A stretch of 64,000 nucleotides of DNA from Isurus oxyrinchus. Lineage: Eukaryota. Location: the NCBI GenBank assembly GCA_026770705.1, contig JANJGN010000152.1, positions 186,001-250,000 of the forward strand, read 5' to 3'. Shown here in pieces: positions 35,810 through 49,651 of this stretch (positions are counted from its first letter, which is position 1; the number at the start of each line of letters is the position of its first letter). Below the pieces are notes generated by a model. That model was not told where the DNA came from. It did not search any database and worked only from the letters and a program-made list of their open reading frames with translations. The translations under genes and the position numbers were made by a program.

Positions 35810-38327
35810 TTAACGTGGGGGCGTTTTGCCGTGATTTAACTGCTTAAAACAACCAGTGACCGTGGTGAAGGGACTCATCAGCACCTTCTTCATCTCTTCT
35901 CGGAACTTGCTCTGGGCCACCGCATAGATAAAGACGTTGTTGCACGAACTGACTAACTGGTGCATGTTGACTGTCTCCTGGAGGATGTAATCTGATTCAT
36001 TGAAGTCCAGGCTGGTGAGATAGCCCTCGCCTGTGATCCGCACGTAGAGGAAATGTCCGAGATAGATGGTCCACAGGAGGAGGAAGCTGAGCGAGATGGC
36101 GAAAAGCAGGACAATGGACTCTTGCGATTGACCATCTCCTGGTCTCCCTGAATCTCGGCGTCCCGGAGGCTCCTGCGGGCTCTGCTGGCCGCGAAGATGT
36201 ACCTTACGGTCAGGGCGTTGAGCAGTGGAATGAGGAAGAAAGGGAGAAAGGGGGTTAAGAAGTGGTCCAGCCACTCGAAGGCCTGCCAGAGGAGCGAGGT
36301 GTAATAGATGGGCTTCATGCTGCAGAACCATGGCGCCCCATCTCGAATATACAAAGGCTCGTAGTTGAGGTAAAAAGGGACGTTCCTGGCGCAGCTCAGG
36401 GCACAGACCAGTCCTATAACCAGCAATGCAGTTTTCTCGGTGCAGTATCTGGTCTTCTGGCTCTGACAGCAGATGGCCACGAAACGGTCGATGGTGAAGG
36501 CAACCGTCAGCCAGACTGACACATGCCGCGTGGCACAGACCAGCACATTGCTGAGTGCGCATGCGGGAGTGGTGGACAGGACACTGCCCTGAAAGTAGAT
36601 GCAGCCGATCCGGTTGAGGATAACGGCGGTGATGATGACCAGGGAATCGCTTATTTCTACCAGCCCACCAGATAGCAGGTGATACACTGGGAGAGTCCGC
36701 ACCATCCTCAGGATAAGATTATGATCTCCAGCAGGTTGGCTGTGAGAAATCAGGAGAAAGAGATGTTACTGAGTGGACTCAAATCACTACCTCCTGGCTC
36801 ATGCAAACAGTTACTGAATGCTCCCTCTTCTGCAACTCCGCCATCTCCAGATTCCAGCTGTTCCAAAGCCTTTGGTCAGTGTTCGGTATCCAATGCTGCA
36901 CCAAACAGTTGTCAATGCAGACGGCATTTCAATCGGTTCTCGCCACAAACTCTGCTCTCTGGCCAGTGAGTCAATCCCAAGGCCTCGCTATAAAACTTAA
37001 GATCATCCGAAACATGTACTGCCGATGGCCATAGTCAAAGCAATACCCGTGCTCCCATTAAGCCTATGCTCACTGACATAGATTAGGTCTCTGACGGCAA
37101 CATCGTGCTTTTATTAATCGTTCCCTTCCTGTTTTGAAATCCTTCTGCTTCCTCGCCTCTTTTAATCCCGCCAGCTACAACTATCTGAGACATCAGCGTA
37201 CGTCTGCTCTCTTTTGTATCTCTGAAATTAACTGCTCCATGAGCAGCAGTTATGCCTGGAGATTCTGAGGCTCTCATCTCTTTAATTCCCATCTGCAGCG
37301 GCTCCGCATCTCATTCATTCTTTAGGAAGTTTCTTATAACCAAAATCTTTGATCAAAATTTGGGTTAAGTATCTCTTCCTGGTGTTCAGTAGTAAATGTA
37401 TTAGTTCAGGCTCCTGTGAAGCATCCCCACTATACGCACTGCAGTGACTGAAGAAACAAATGCAACTCCACCTTTCAAATGGGAAATAAAGATGAGCGAT
37501 AAACTTTGACCTTGCCAGTTACACCCACACACCGTGGATGATTAAAAAATATTATTATTCAAAATGTGCAAAACCAGCCAGCACAAAACAAAATACATAA
37601 TAGATTTGCAATTTCGGATCTCCACAAACGTCTTTCAAGCTTTTCTATAATTAATTGCTGAGACTACATTAAGAATCGGGACTGTCCAGTGGGAACTTGC
37701 TGTACAATAGCTATTACATCCTTTCACAGGTCAAAAAGTGCATTTGTGTAATTACTGAATGTACCTTTATATTGCAATTCATCTAATATAATGGTTTCGC
37801 TGTAGTAATTAGTTTCCTGGTGCTGTAATACAATCTGTGCACGAAAATGCATGCTACAACACTACGATATACTATTATTCCGCACATTACTTAAAACTCT
37901 GGATTGTATCTGACTATACTAAAAGAAAATCCAGTGTTCAACAATATAACAATATGCAGAGCCATACATTATAGTTCATATTACAGGAATCCAGTAAACG
38001 GCACTCCTATAAATGTGCAGTATAATCAATTAAATAATACATTGTAATGCTGCACACTTCACCATAACACAGTGTAATCGCATATAAGGCAGATATATAT
38101 GCACATACAAACACATATATGTAGGAACCCTGTTGAAGCCCTTTACACGCCGATAACACTGAAAGTAGAAAAAATCATCCCGATCATGGAATGGGACAGA
38201 CAAACTTTCTGGAGATTTACAAAAAACGTAAATAACTTATCTGGGCCCATCACTTACCAGGGGCGCCAATAAGAGGGAGAATGGGATAGCAAATGGCAAA
38301 GAAGAGGCCTTTTGCTGGTCCATACAT
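35810..38327 (-). pseudogene. GPR139/GPR142-like class A GPCR pseudogene (two exons)
   Basis: Exon 1 38327-38258 (MYGPAKGLFFAICYPILPLIGAP) GTAAGT; exon 2 from 36739 ANLLEIIILS*G.CGLSQCITCYLV..SVWLTVAFTIDRFVAICCQ..YCTEKTA..NVFIY; stop at 36708-10, frameshifts near 36660 and 36122. Confidence 0.9.
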
Positions 38328-38839
38328 CGTCTCTCAGAAAAGCAGGGGATTCTCGATGCTATGTACTTTAGTTCTGTGATGCATTCAAAGAGTCCCTCAT
38401 TTATTTCGAATAAGAGTCTCCAGAGGGACAATTAAGTTCTAACATGCATCTTAGTTACAGTTCAGTAAACAAACAGACTAACTCATAATTTCATGCCTCC
38501 CATTTGCAACATTGGCAACGTGGATCGTTCCATTATACACTTGGGTCAACTGCTGGCTGCAAATTCTGCTGTTGCCCCCTCTCCAGAAACCATGCACCTA
38601 CCATAAGTTGAGCTGCTGATCAAAGATACAGACCTGGGTTTCTATCTCTAACTCAAAAATGTTTCTTCCCATGTCTGCCACATTCGCAATTATTTTGTGC
38701 TTTTAGGTGGCAGATTATTTGGCAACGTTCTAATTGAGATCGGGGAGTCAATTCGACTAAGGAGTTGCAGACATTTAAGAGCAGGGGAAGTCTTGCTGCA
38801 TTTGTTCATGGACTGCTTTAGTACCTGAGGGGTCGCAAA

Positions 38840-39010
38840 TGCTGCTTGAGGCAATGGAAACTGAAAGAGCAATGGGCCCTGATAATATTCTGGCAATAGT
38901 ACAGAGGATTTGTGCTCCAGAAATTGCTGCGCTCTTAGCTAAGCTGTTCCAGTGCCGCGACAACACTGACATCTACAGGGCGATATGGAAAATTGCCCTG
39001 TATGCAAAAA
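38840..39010 (+). mobile_element. Non-LTR RT fragment
   Basis: RAMGPDNILAIVQRICAPEIAALLAKLFQ..IWKIA. Confidence 0.75.
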
Positions 39011-39149
39011 ACATTCGGCCGTATGCCTGGGCCCTCACTTCCCTCAGTATCGTCCTCAATTACTTGCTTACATTTTCAGGTCCCAACATTTCCAGTTGAG
39101 GCTATATTGCTACTGTTTGTGTAACACGTCATAATGGAAAGAGAGTAGG

Positions 39150-39840
39150 GTTTACTTTGGAATGAAATCAGGGATGTGGGGAGAGCGGGGAACAAGGGAA
39201 TACGTTCAGGATGGATGTAGATCTATGAATAGAGAACGGGGCGGTGGCAACAGTTTTCAATTAATGCAAAATAATATGGGATCATTTTGCTGATTGTGTG
39301 GGATTAACATCGGGTTATGGGGAGTAAATGGCGAGTAGTATTAGTTTGGGATTTAGACAAGTCTGTGCAGAAAATGGGGGGAAATTTAGTAACTTTGCAT
39401 TAATCAAAGGTTATCGGGAGTTATGCATTAATGCAATTTGTTTTAGATGATTATAGGTCTACAGGGAGAGAGAGTTGGCATGGCATCATTTTGACAACAG
39501 AATATGCAAAACGGTGACTATTGAGATTAATTTGGGATTGAAACAGGTCCATGAGGAGAAAGCAGATCGGTGGGATTAATTAGGATTAATGCCGGCCTCT
39601 ATGGAGAGAGCGGGGCAGTGTGGTTAACTTGAGATTGATACAGAGCCATGGGCGCAGCAAGAATGGGTGGGATTAGTTTAGAATTAACAGAGGACGGTGG
39701 GGAGAGAGCGGGGCAGTGGGGTTAGATTGGCATTGATACAGGATCATGGGGAAAGCAACGCAGTCAGATCAGTCTGCGATTGATATCATGGTACAAGATT
39801 TAGCAGGGTGTGAGATTACTTGGGGTTGACATAAGGAAAA
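39150..39840. repeat. Degenerate ~57-60-bp tandem repeat
   Basis: Recurring ggggagagagcggggcagtgggattagtttgggattgatacagg units. Confidence 0.65.
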
Positions 39841-40219
39841 GAACTATAAGGTCACACATCTGGGCAATGCGGAAACAGGTTTATATGACCTAAGCGAATG
39901 GCTTCGGTATGTGCCATTTACCTACCATTTATTATTGGGTGAGATCACAATTTCTTTATGTAGACAATTGCATATGCTCAAGGAGGGGCACAATGTCAAC
40001 ACAGATGTCAATTCTCGTTGTTTCTTGCTTTTGCTGGCCTATTGGAGTTTGCTACGAAATCCTGTTTGCGTCGATGAATTATGCAGTTGTAATGTCAGCA
40101 GCTAATAAGATCTGTGTGTTTATGTTAAACAAGACGATCCTTTTCAGTTTTATACGTGTTTTTTTTAAAAGACCATGCTCTCACAAACAAATAACAACCT
40201 ATTCCTCATCTCAGAATAA

Positions 40220-41205
40220 CAGCAACTTGCATTTAGCTAACGTATCTCACGCAATAATATCTCCAAAGGCGCTTCTCAGGAGCGAAGATAAAGCACAATT
40301 TGACACCAAACCATATCAGGAGATATCAAGAAAGATGACCAAAAATTTAATTAGTGAATTGTAAACAATGTCGAAAAGGAAGAGAAGAGAGGTCGGGAGA
40401 TGGAGAGGTTTAGAAAGGGATTATCAGTGTTTAGAGCCTAGGCAGCTGATAACCCCACCGCGCAACCTATAGTGATTAATGAAGGGATGTGTCAGAGGCT
40501 GCAATTGGTCAAGTGCAGTTATCAGCAACCTGTGATCTGAGGAGTTATCATAGGTAAATATTGGCGAGGCCTCGTAAGGAATGGGAAACAATGACAGGAA
40601 TTATAAATTTGAGTTCTTAATTTAGAATAGCAAAAACAGAGGTGGTGGATCAACAAGATTGAATTGCGTTTTTGCATATGACTAGCAGAGTTTTGGATAA
40701 AGTCAAACCAAGAGTGCAACCAAGAAATAATTTTAATAATCACGTCTAGCAGCAACAAAAGCCTCGATGAGGCTTTCATCAACTGGTCAGCTCAGGCAGC
40801 AGCAGAGTTGAGAAATATACAGAATATGAACGTCTACCTTCTTGGGTTTGGCGTGGATATGTGATTGGGAGCTGATATCAAGGCTTATCTGACGCCAAGG
40901 TTCTGAACGGCCTGGTTCAGCCTCAGAAGGTAGGCAAGGGGAGGATGGTGTTGGTGCTTAATAAATGGAGTTTGTGCTGAGGACCGACGACAATGGGTTG
41001 GGTTTTCCCAATATCAAGCTGGGGATACTCCGGCCTTTCCAATACTGGGGGTCACAAAATGATATCCGGCAGTTTAGAGACAGTGGAGAGGCCGCGAGAG
41101 ATAGTGGTGAGTCAAAAAACAAAAATACCAGCATGAACCTGATGTTGCTTTCCCAGGTGATGTCGCTGAGGGGCATAATGTACATGAGAAATAGCAGATA
41201 GCCAG
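40220..41205 (-). mobile_element. L2-type LINE fragment
   Basis: Reverse complement YLLFLMYIMPLSDI.. and L2-like 3' region. Confidence 0.65.
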
Positions 41206-41217
41206 GCTTACAAATAC

Positions 41218-41390
41218 ATAACAAAAACAGAATTACCTGGAAAAACTCAGCAGATCTGGCAGCATCAGCGGAGAAGAAAAGAGTTGACGATTCGAGTCCT
41301 CATGACCCTTCGACAGAACTTGAGTTCGAGTCCAAGAAAGAGTTGAAATATAAGTTGGTTTAAGGTTTGTGTGTCGGGGGAGGGGGCGGG

Positions 41391-41440
<50 letters not shown>
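41218..41440 (-). mobile_element. Penelope-like terminal fragment with variant hammerhead
   Basis: Reverse complement AGTT-CTGTCGA-A-GGGTC-atgag-GACTC-GAAT-CG-TC-AACT at 41282-41320; homologous to 62580-62760. Confidence 0.7.
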
Positions 41441-42699
41441 AGTACAAATCCATGTTTAGTATTGTCAAAACTGCAAAAAAAAAAGAAACCAAAGGTTTAG
41501 CGCAATAATCTGACTTTATTCACTCAGCATCCTAAACGTGGACCTTTCCTGTCCCTATCGATCAATCATCCAAGAAACAAGTATAAAAGCAGGCAGGGCG
41601 AGGAGATGCCCCATTTGAAACGATAGAATATTTCCTCAATGACCAAACTCGCAGAAAGTCACTCGTTATTCTATCTCAGGTAATAGCTTATTTTAACCCC
41701 TGAGCACACAGGCCCAGTATTTGTAACGCCCATGATATGACTTTTCTAAGCATGCCCCTAACATAAAGTAGCATTGCAATTGTTAACTTAATCATGACTG
41801 AATGATAAAGGAAGGGAGAAATGACAAGGTAGCCATGAGAAGATGTCCACAAGCCATGAACAGAGCCCCCAAATAGACTAAACCCAGCTAATTACGTGCT
41901 AATAATAACATGAGAAAATTGTGTGAGACAAGATCCAAATGAATAAATTTAAATTGGAGACTATTATTTTATATGCTCCTGGTGTATTTCTCCCCTGGCT
42001 CGACAATCCCGTTCTACATGGAGACTACAATCGACTCACTGCGTGAAACTCCAGCTGACCTGTATTGGCAAGAGAATAAATTAATAACGATATTGCTTGC
42101 ATCAGGCACTCAAAGGCAATTCGTGTCCCACAGTACCAGAATCCCATTGAGATAGACTTACAAATCCTATTTGATGTTTTATTTAGGATGGCACAATCTC
42201 AGTATGTTACTAGGATTGTAAACCACCTGGCAGGCTGGATTTATAGACCTCACCTTGCTTTCGACTTCGTTCCATTTGTCCTTTCTCACCCAACATTATG
42301 GTACATCAGCGGCATACGTTAGCTTATGTAATACGGTACAATCACTGACAATTATATTTGCTATTAATTGACACCAATAATTTTGGCTTTGAATAATTTT
42401 TCCTACTAATCAACATTTAAAGAGTAGGGCTACAAGAGTAATTAATGAACAAATTGAATAAAATAGGATAGCGATGGCAGGGCTGTAGAGAGGGCTTTAA
42501 ACTAAATAAAGTTGGAAGAGAGGGTGCGGAGTGTTCTAGAGAGGAGATAAATGGGCTGACAAAGCAAAATGGTATGGCAGCATTGCAGGGCAGCTACTTA
42601 GGAAATGATACCCAGAGTGTGATTGGTAGGTACAGAGTGTACAAACATTTTTTTAAAAAGCAGCAAATAGGGTCTAAGAGGGAAAAATGGTTTAAAAAA

Positions 42700-45549
42700 G
42701 TCACAATCAATGGTTCTTACTTAAACACACCTAGTATTTTGAACAAAATAAATGAATTAACGGCGCATATAGATGTTAATGGGCATTATCTTATCGTCAT
42801 TACTGAGACATGGTTTCAAGGAGATCAGCACTGGGAACGAAACGTTTAGGGGAATGTGGCTTTTCGAATGGATGGGCAGGTAAAAAGGGTGGTGGGCAGT
42901 TTTGTTAGTACAAGATGGAATAAGTACGATAGCAAGGAATGATCTTGATCGGAAGATGTGGAATCCATATGGGTGGAGGTAAGAAATAACAAGACACTGG
43001 TAGGAGTAGTCCATAGGCCCCCTAATAGTAACTATGCTGTTGGACAGAGAATGAGTCAGGGAATAATGAGGGCATGTAAACAAGGCAGTGTATTAGTCAT
43101 GAGTGACTTGAATCTCCATGTCGATTGGGAAAATCAAATTAGCAGAGGTAGCCACGAGGAATAATTCATAAAGTGTATTCGGGACAGTTTCCTGGAATAA
43201 TATTTTTAGGATCCAACCAGGGATCAGACTACGTTGCATCGGGTAATGTGTCATGAGGCAGGTTTAATAAATGATCTCAGAGTAAAAGATCCCCGAGGAA
43301 ACAGTGAACATAACATGGTGGAATTTAGCATTCAGTTTGAGAATGAGAAACTTAGTTCGGAAACACCTGTGCTAATCATAAATAAGGGTAATTACAAAGA
43401 AATTGGGGCAGAGTTGGCTGTAGTAGGCTGGGAAAGGAGTTTAGCAGAAAAGATGGTTGATGAACAATGGCAGACGTTTAAAGATATAATACATGACTCA
43501 CAACAACGATATATCACAGCGAGGAACAAGGATTGTAGCAAGGGGATAAACCAACCATGGTTAACCAAGAAAGTTAAAGACTATACCAAAGTGAAAGAAA
43601 AACATGCAATGAGGTCAACATTATGGTAAGCCAGAGGATTGGCAAAGTTGTAAAAGCCAACATAAAATTACTAAAAAAAATAGAGAGGGAGAAAATAAAA
43701 TTTGAGGGCAAACTAGCAAGTAGTATAAAAACGGACAGTAAGAACATCTTTAAATATATAAAAAGGCCAAAGTCAATATAGGCCCCTTAAAGAATGAGGC
43801 TCGGAAAATATTAATGGGGAACCAAGAAATGGCAGAGGAGTTGAATAAATGCTTTGCGTCAGCTTCTCGTTTGGAATCACTAATAGCATACCAGAAATAT
43901 TAAATAATCATGAGGAAATATGGGGAGGAAATAAATACACTAACTGTCACTGGAGAGAAAGTGCTGGGGAAAATAATCGGGCTAAAGCCTGATGGACTGA
44001 ATCACAGGATATTAAAGGAAACAACCGCAGAGGTAATGGATGCGCTGGTATTAATCTCCCAAGAGCCCTTAGATTCTGGAAAAATCCAAGAGGATTGGAA
44101 AATTGAAAATGTAACACCCTTCAGAAAGGGAGCGAGACAAAAAACAGGTAACTATCGGCCAGTTAGCTTAACATCTGTCATTGCGAAAATGTTGGAGTCT
44201 CTTATAAAGAATGTAATAGCAGAGCATTTAGAAATGCATAATCTAATCAAGCAGAATAAGCATGGCTTCATGAAGGGGAAATGATGTCTGACATGTTTAG
44301 TAGAATTCTTTGAGGTGGTAACAAGCAAGATAGATAAAGGGAAACCTGTAGATGTAATATGTTTTGATTTCCAAAAGGCGTTCGATAAGGTAGCACACAT
44401 AAGGCTGCTTAATAAGATAAGAGCCCATGGTGTTTTTGGTAGCGTATTAGCATGGATAGAGGACAGGCTAACTAATTGAAGACAGAGAGTTGGGATACAG
44501 GAGCCATTTTCAGGATGGCAAACTTTAACTAGTGGAGTGCCACAGGGATCAGTCCTGGTGCCACAATTATTTACAATATATATTAATGACTTGGATGAGG
44601 GAAGTGGATATACTATTGCCAAGTTTGCACATGGCACAAAAATAGTTCGGAAGGCAAGAGGTGAGGATGACACAAAGAGTCTACAGAGGGATATAAGCAG
44701 ATTAAGTGAATGGGCAAAAACGTGGCAGATGGAATATAATGTGGGAAAATGTGAGGCTATGCACTTTGGCAGGGAGAATAGCGGAACTGATTATTATTTA
44801 AATGGGGAAAGACTGAAGAAAGCTCCAGTGCAGAGGGATTCGGGTGTCCTCCTGCATGAGTTCCAAAAAGCGAGCAGTGTTCAGCAGGTAACAGGGAAGG
44901 CAAATGGAATGTCGGCCTTTATTTCAAAGGGAATGGAATATAAAAATGGTGAAGTCTTGCTAAAACTGTACATGGCATTCCTTAGTTCACACTTAGAAAG
45001 CAGTGAACAATTTTGGTCTCCTTTTCTAAGGAAAGATATACTGACATTTGAGGCAGTCCAGAGAAGGTTCACTGGGTTGAGCCAGAGGATGGAGAGATTT
45101 TCTTATGAGGAGGGGTTGAGTAGTTTGGATCTGAACTCACTGGCGTTTAGAAGAATGAGAGGCGACCTTATTGAAACATGTAACATCCTTTGTAGGGGCT
45201 TGACAGGGTAGTTGCTGAGAGGGTATTCCCCTTGTGGGAGAGACTAGGGCCAGAGGGCATCATCTCAGAGTAAGGGGACGCCTACTTAAAACAGAGATGA
45301 GAAACATCTTCTCTCAGAGGGCAGTGAATCTGTAGGATTCTTTGCCACAGTGGGCTGTAGAGGCTGGGCCGTTAAGTAAATTCAAGGCTGAGATAGACAG
45401 ATTTTTAATCAGTAAGGGAATCAAGGGTTATGGGAAAAGGCAGGAAAGTGGAGTTCAGGGTTATCAGATCATCCACGATATCATTGAGTGGCGGAACAGA
45501 CGCGATGGGCCGAATGGCCTACTTCTGTTCCTATGTTTTATGGTGTTAT
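42700..45549 (+). mobile_element. CR1 LINE, near full-length degraded ORF2 (APE endonuclease + RT) and 3'UTR
   Basis: IVITETW, ESIWVEV, NYRPVSLTSV, DFQKAFDKV, VPQGSVL, YINDLD, KFA(H/D); multiple stops and frameshifts. Confidence 0.95.
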
Positions 45550-46287
45550 TAATCTTGCATTTGTTATTTCAAAGCAGTAATTGAACCACATGAAGCTTTG
45601 TATACTCAACAACATTTACAACGCTGGAAAGTTGTTGTGAGGCTGATGAGCTTATGGCAGTTACAAGTTCTTTAAAGCCCTGGATTTTAGTTTTGCCAGA
45701 TTCTCCTCGGCTGCTGTTATCGTAAGAAAGCAGGGTGACGTCACATAAATTCCACAATTATTATTCTCCCAATAATGAGCCTGGAACACCAAATGCTGGG
45801 TGGCTATTTTGCTCTGTGCTCTCTGTGGGTGCAGATAGTTAGCTAGCTAGATGGAGATATTCAGGGGATGATTTAAATATTAGTAGGTAACGAAATAAAT
45901 CGATGCATCAACAGATACAAAGAAAGGTAGCAAGTAACTGGTAGTGGGTGGAGTTACATAGAGAGTTAATAAAAACGCTAGTGGGTCTGCAGGGAGACAG
46001 AGAGAACAATATACAAACAGGTCGATAACTAAAACGAGAATAACAATATGAGCATTTAGGAATGATAGATACATGTCAAAATACTACTAACAGAAAATAT
46101 TTGTCAATGACTGCACAACGCACAAGAAGAAGATGCTTTAATTTGTACGGCATCCCCTCAGTTGAAAATTTTGGTCCAAATTAAAGTTAGTCAGGATGTA
46201 ACAACTGTTGAATAATGTGGGAAAAATATAAAGATATATTATCCAATGTCAGTTCAGACTTACTGTGAGATTCAGTTCTCTTACACG

Positions 46288-47245
46288 ATTGGGAAATTTG
46301 CAGATGACACAAAGATTGGCCGAGTAGTGGATAATATAGAGGAAAGCCAAAATCTCCAAAGACAATATAGATGGGTTGGTGGAGTGGGCGGTAAAGTGGC
46401 AGATGGATCTTTACATAAAGAAGTGTGATGTCATACATTTATGGATGTCAAACAGTTACAAGGATTACACAATAAATGGGAATATAGTAAGAGTGGTAGA
46501 TGAAGTGAGAGACCTTGGCATACAAGTGCACAGGTCCCTGAAGGCAGCAGTTCAAGTAGACAAGGCTGTAAAGAAAGCATATGGAATGCTCTCCTTCATT
46601 GGCAGAGGTATAGAATATAAAAGTATGGATATAATGTTGGAATTGTATAAAACACTGGTGAGGCCTCAACTGGAGTATTGTGTGCAGTTCTGGTCACCAC
46701 ATTACAGGAAGGATGTAATCGCTCTGGAGAGAGTGCAGAGGAGGCTTACAAGAATGATGCCAGGGTTAGAAAAGAGTAGCTACGAGGAGAGATTGGATAG
46801 GTTGGGGTTATTTTCCTTAGAAGAAAGAAGGCTGAGAGCTGACTTGATTGAGGTGTACAAAATGATGAGGGGAATAGATGGAGTGGAAAGGATAAAATTG
46901 CTTCCCTTGGTGGAGAATTCTAGAACCAGGGGACATAGATTCAAGATAAGTGGCAGAAAGATAAGTGGCAGAAGGTGTAGGGGGGACATGAGGAAGAACG
47001 TTCTTATGCAGAGGGTAGTGGATGTCTGGAATTCGCTGACCAAGTTGGTGGTAGAGGCAGAAACTCTAAACTCTTTTAAAAAGTACCTGGATCTGCACCT
47101 TAAGTGCTGTAAGCTGCAAGGCTATAGGCCGGGTGCAAGAAGGTGGGATTAGAAAGGGCACCTGGGTGTCCTCGGGCTGGCATGGACAAGATGGGCAGTA
47201 TGGTCTCCTTTTGACCCATAACTTTTCTATGGTTCTATGGTTCTA
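46288..47245 (+). mobile_element. 5'-truncated CR1 LINE
   Basis: KFADDTKIG..LYKTLVRPQLEYCVQFWSPHY..; tail (ttctatgg)n. Confidence 0.95.
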
Positions 47246-47479
47246 CACGCTGATCCCTTTTCATGTGGTGAGGTTTGGTGAAATGCGGTTTTTAAGCTGC
47301 AGATACATAATAGATTTCCCTGGTGCCAGAATTGGGATTTGCTGAAATTAGCGAGGAAGCGGAATACCACAAAAAGGCGGATGTGATCAGAGTTTTTGTA
47401 GCAGTACTCAAAATTCTGTTAACCTATTTCTTTGCGAGGGAGATACCTGTCTAAATTGTTTCTGCTAAGTCATCTCCCA

Positions 47480-47845
47480 AACAGAGATGTCTGTGCATTG
47501 ACTGGTGTCTCTCAGTTCCCACTCCCCCAAGGAGATACTGTACACTGATTGGTGTCTCTCAGTTCCAGTTCCCCTGGGTGATATCTGTACAATGACTGGT
47601 GTCTCTCAGTCCCGTCTCCCTCAGGGAGATATCTGTACACTGGCTGGTGTCTCTCAATTCCCAGTCCCCCAGGGAGATACTGTACACTGACTGGTGTATC
47701 TCAGTTCCAGTTCCTCAGGGTAATACCTGCACAATGACTGGTGTCTCTCATGCCCCTCTTTGTCAGCGAGATATCTTTAAACTGACTGGTGTCTGTCCGT
47801 ATATCTCACTCAGTGAGATATATGAACACTAAGTGGCATCTCTCA
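47480..47845. repeat. 47-48-bp minisatellite, ~8 copies
   Basis: ggtgt(c/a) at 47504, 47551, 47598, 47646, 47693, 47740, 47788. Confidence 0.9.
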
Positions 47846-48149
47846 TGGTGAAATTCCGTTAAAACTCAACCTAGCATTTCTAGACAGATTAGGGTTCACC
47901 AAAACATTAATAGAACCTCATTCATCCCCGGAGCCCATGCTCCGTTTTAACTTTATGCTTTCCTAATCCCCCCCGTTCCTGCACTCTGTTTACCCTTACA
48001 CAGTTTCTGTTCGCCAGTTCCTATTGTCTGCTCAACATCTCCTGTCTCTATGCATCCATCTTCGATTTCGACTTACCCATCCCTACTCTCTATCACTGTT
48101 CGTGAAGTTTGCCCCAGTCAACCTGTCCATGCTCCTTCAAAAGCTGGAA

Positions 48150-48785
48150 ATTACCCAACTTTTTTCCATCCACCCCCACTTGGCAGTATTTTCATTGCGA
48201 TTTGGAGTGATTCTACCATTACCCATGAACGATGCTGACATCTGGGAATGTCGACATGGACTTACAGATGAACCTGTTTCATCAGCAGCAATTGTGTTAA
48301 CTTGCAGCAAATCCAATACTTCTATCACCCCTGTGTTCTCTGACCTACATTGGTTCAAGGTCAAACAACTGCTTGATTTTAAAATTCTCAGCGTTACTTT
48401 TAAATCCCTCCAAGTCCTTGTCACTTCCTATCTCTGCAATCACTTCCAAATCCGCAAGCCTTCGGGTTATCAGCTTTCCACTAATTTTGACCTCTTGTGC
48501 ATCTACAAGTATAAATTGCTCCACTGTATGTCACCATGATATTATTTCCCTAGGCTCAGTGCCCTTGAATATCCTTCCTGCACTTCTCCATCTCCCTACC
48601 CCACTTTCCTCCTTTAAGGCCGTCCTTAAAACCGACCTCTTTGACCAAGCGTTTGGCCATCTGATCCTGTATTTCCGTAACATGTCTTGATGTCATATTT
48701 AGTTCTATCATGCTCCCGTGAAGCACCTTGGACCTTTTCATGACGTTAATTGCGCTATATAAACATATGTTGTTCAGGCTATTGT
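48150..48785 (+). mobile_element. L2-type LINE 3' fragment
   Basis: SITPVFSDLHWFKVKQLLDFKIL, an L2 ORF2 C-terminal motif. Confidence 0.8.
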
Positions 48786-49159
48786 TTTTGCTGTTGTTGT
48801 GCATAGTCGTGTGCAAGTACAAGAGGAAAAGGAGAGTTTTCATGGACCTCCCATCTTCAAAGAGAAGCTGTTGGGATCAATGACGTTTTGTAGTGCCCCA
48901 GATGCGATTGGTGCATGTCTTCTATATGTCATGGACTCCTCGAGTTCCTGGCAACTCCCACAATGAATAGCATTCCTGGTGTGAATTGTAAAGAAGATAC
49001 AATAATTCTCACAGCGTTATTGGAATTTATTCTAAAATAGAGTAATTGTGGGATGTGTCTGTGTGTCTATATGTAGTCGTTGTGTGTGATAGGGACACTT
49101 AATTCAATTGTAAGAAGAGATGTTAGCTTTGAAATGTTAATTAGGTAAACATGGCGATA

Positions 49160-49651
49160 CCCAACTGATTCCTGGGATGGCGGGACTGACATAAGAGGAG
49201 AGATTGAGTCCATTAGGATTATACTCGCTGGAGTTTCGAAGAATGAGGAGTGGGGGTGGGTGGTCTCATAGAAACCCATAAATTTCTAACAGGACTAGAA
49301 AGGGTAGATGCAGGAAGGATGTTCCCGGTGCTGGGGGAGTCCTGAACCAGGGGTCACAGTCTGAGGATATAGGGTAGACCATTTAGGACTGAGATGAGGA
49401 GAAATTTCTGAACCCACAGAGTAGTGAGCTTGTGGACTTCATTACCACGGAAAGTAGTTGAGACCAAAACATTGTATGCTTTCATGAAGGAGTTAGATAT
49501 AGCTCTTGGGGCGAAAGGGATCACAAAGGGTAGGGGGAGAAAGTGGGAGCAGGCTATTGAGTTGGATGATCAGCCATGATCATAGTGAATGGCGGAGCAG
49601 GCTCGAAGGGCCGAATGTCCTACTCCTGCTCCTAGTTTCTATGATTCTATG
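49160..49651 (+). mobile_element. CR1 3' fragment
   Basis: RMFPVLGES*TRGHSL..; 3'UTR gcaggctcgaagggccgaatg..tttctatg. Confidence 0.9.

Noticed and set aside
41722-42029. TGTAAC..CTACA solo-LTR candidate
   Set aside because: No target-site duplication or second copy visible.
46376-47152. 258-aa ORF as a host gene
   Set aside because: C-terminal part of CR1 ORF2, including an incidental 15-bp in-frame duplication (KISGRKISGR).
47480-47845. CRISPR-like or RSS array
   Set aside because: Whole units repeat with no unique spacers and no nonamers; eukaryotic minisatellite.
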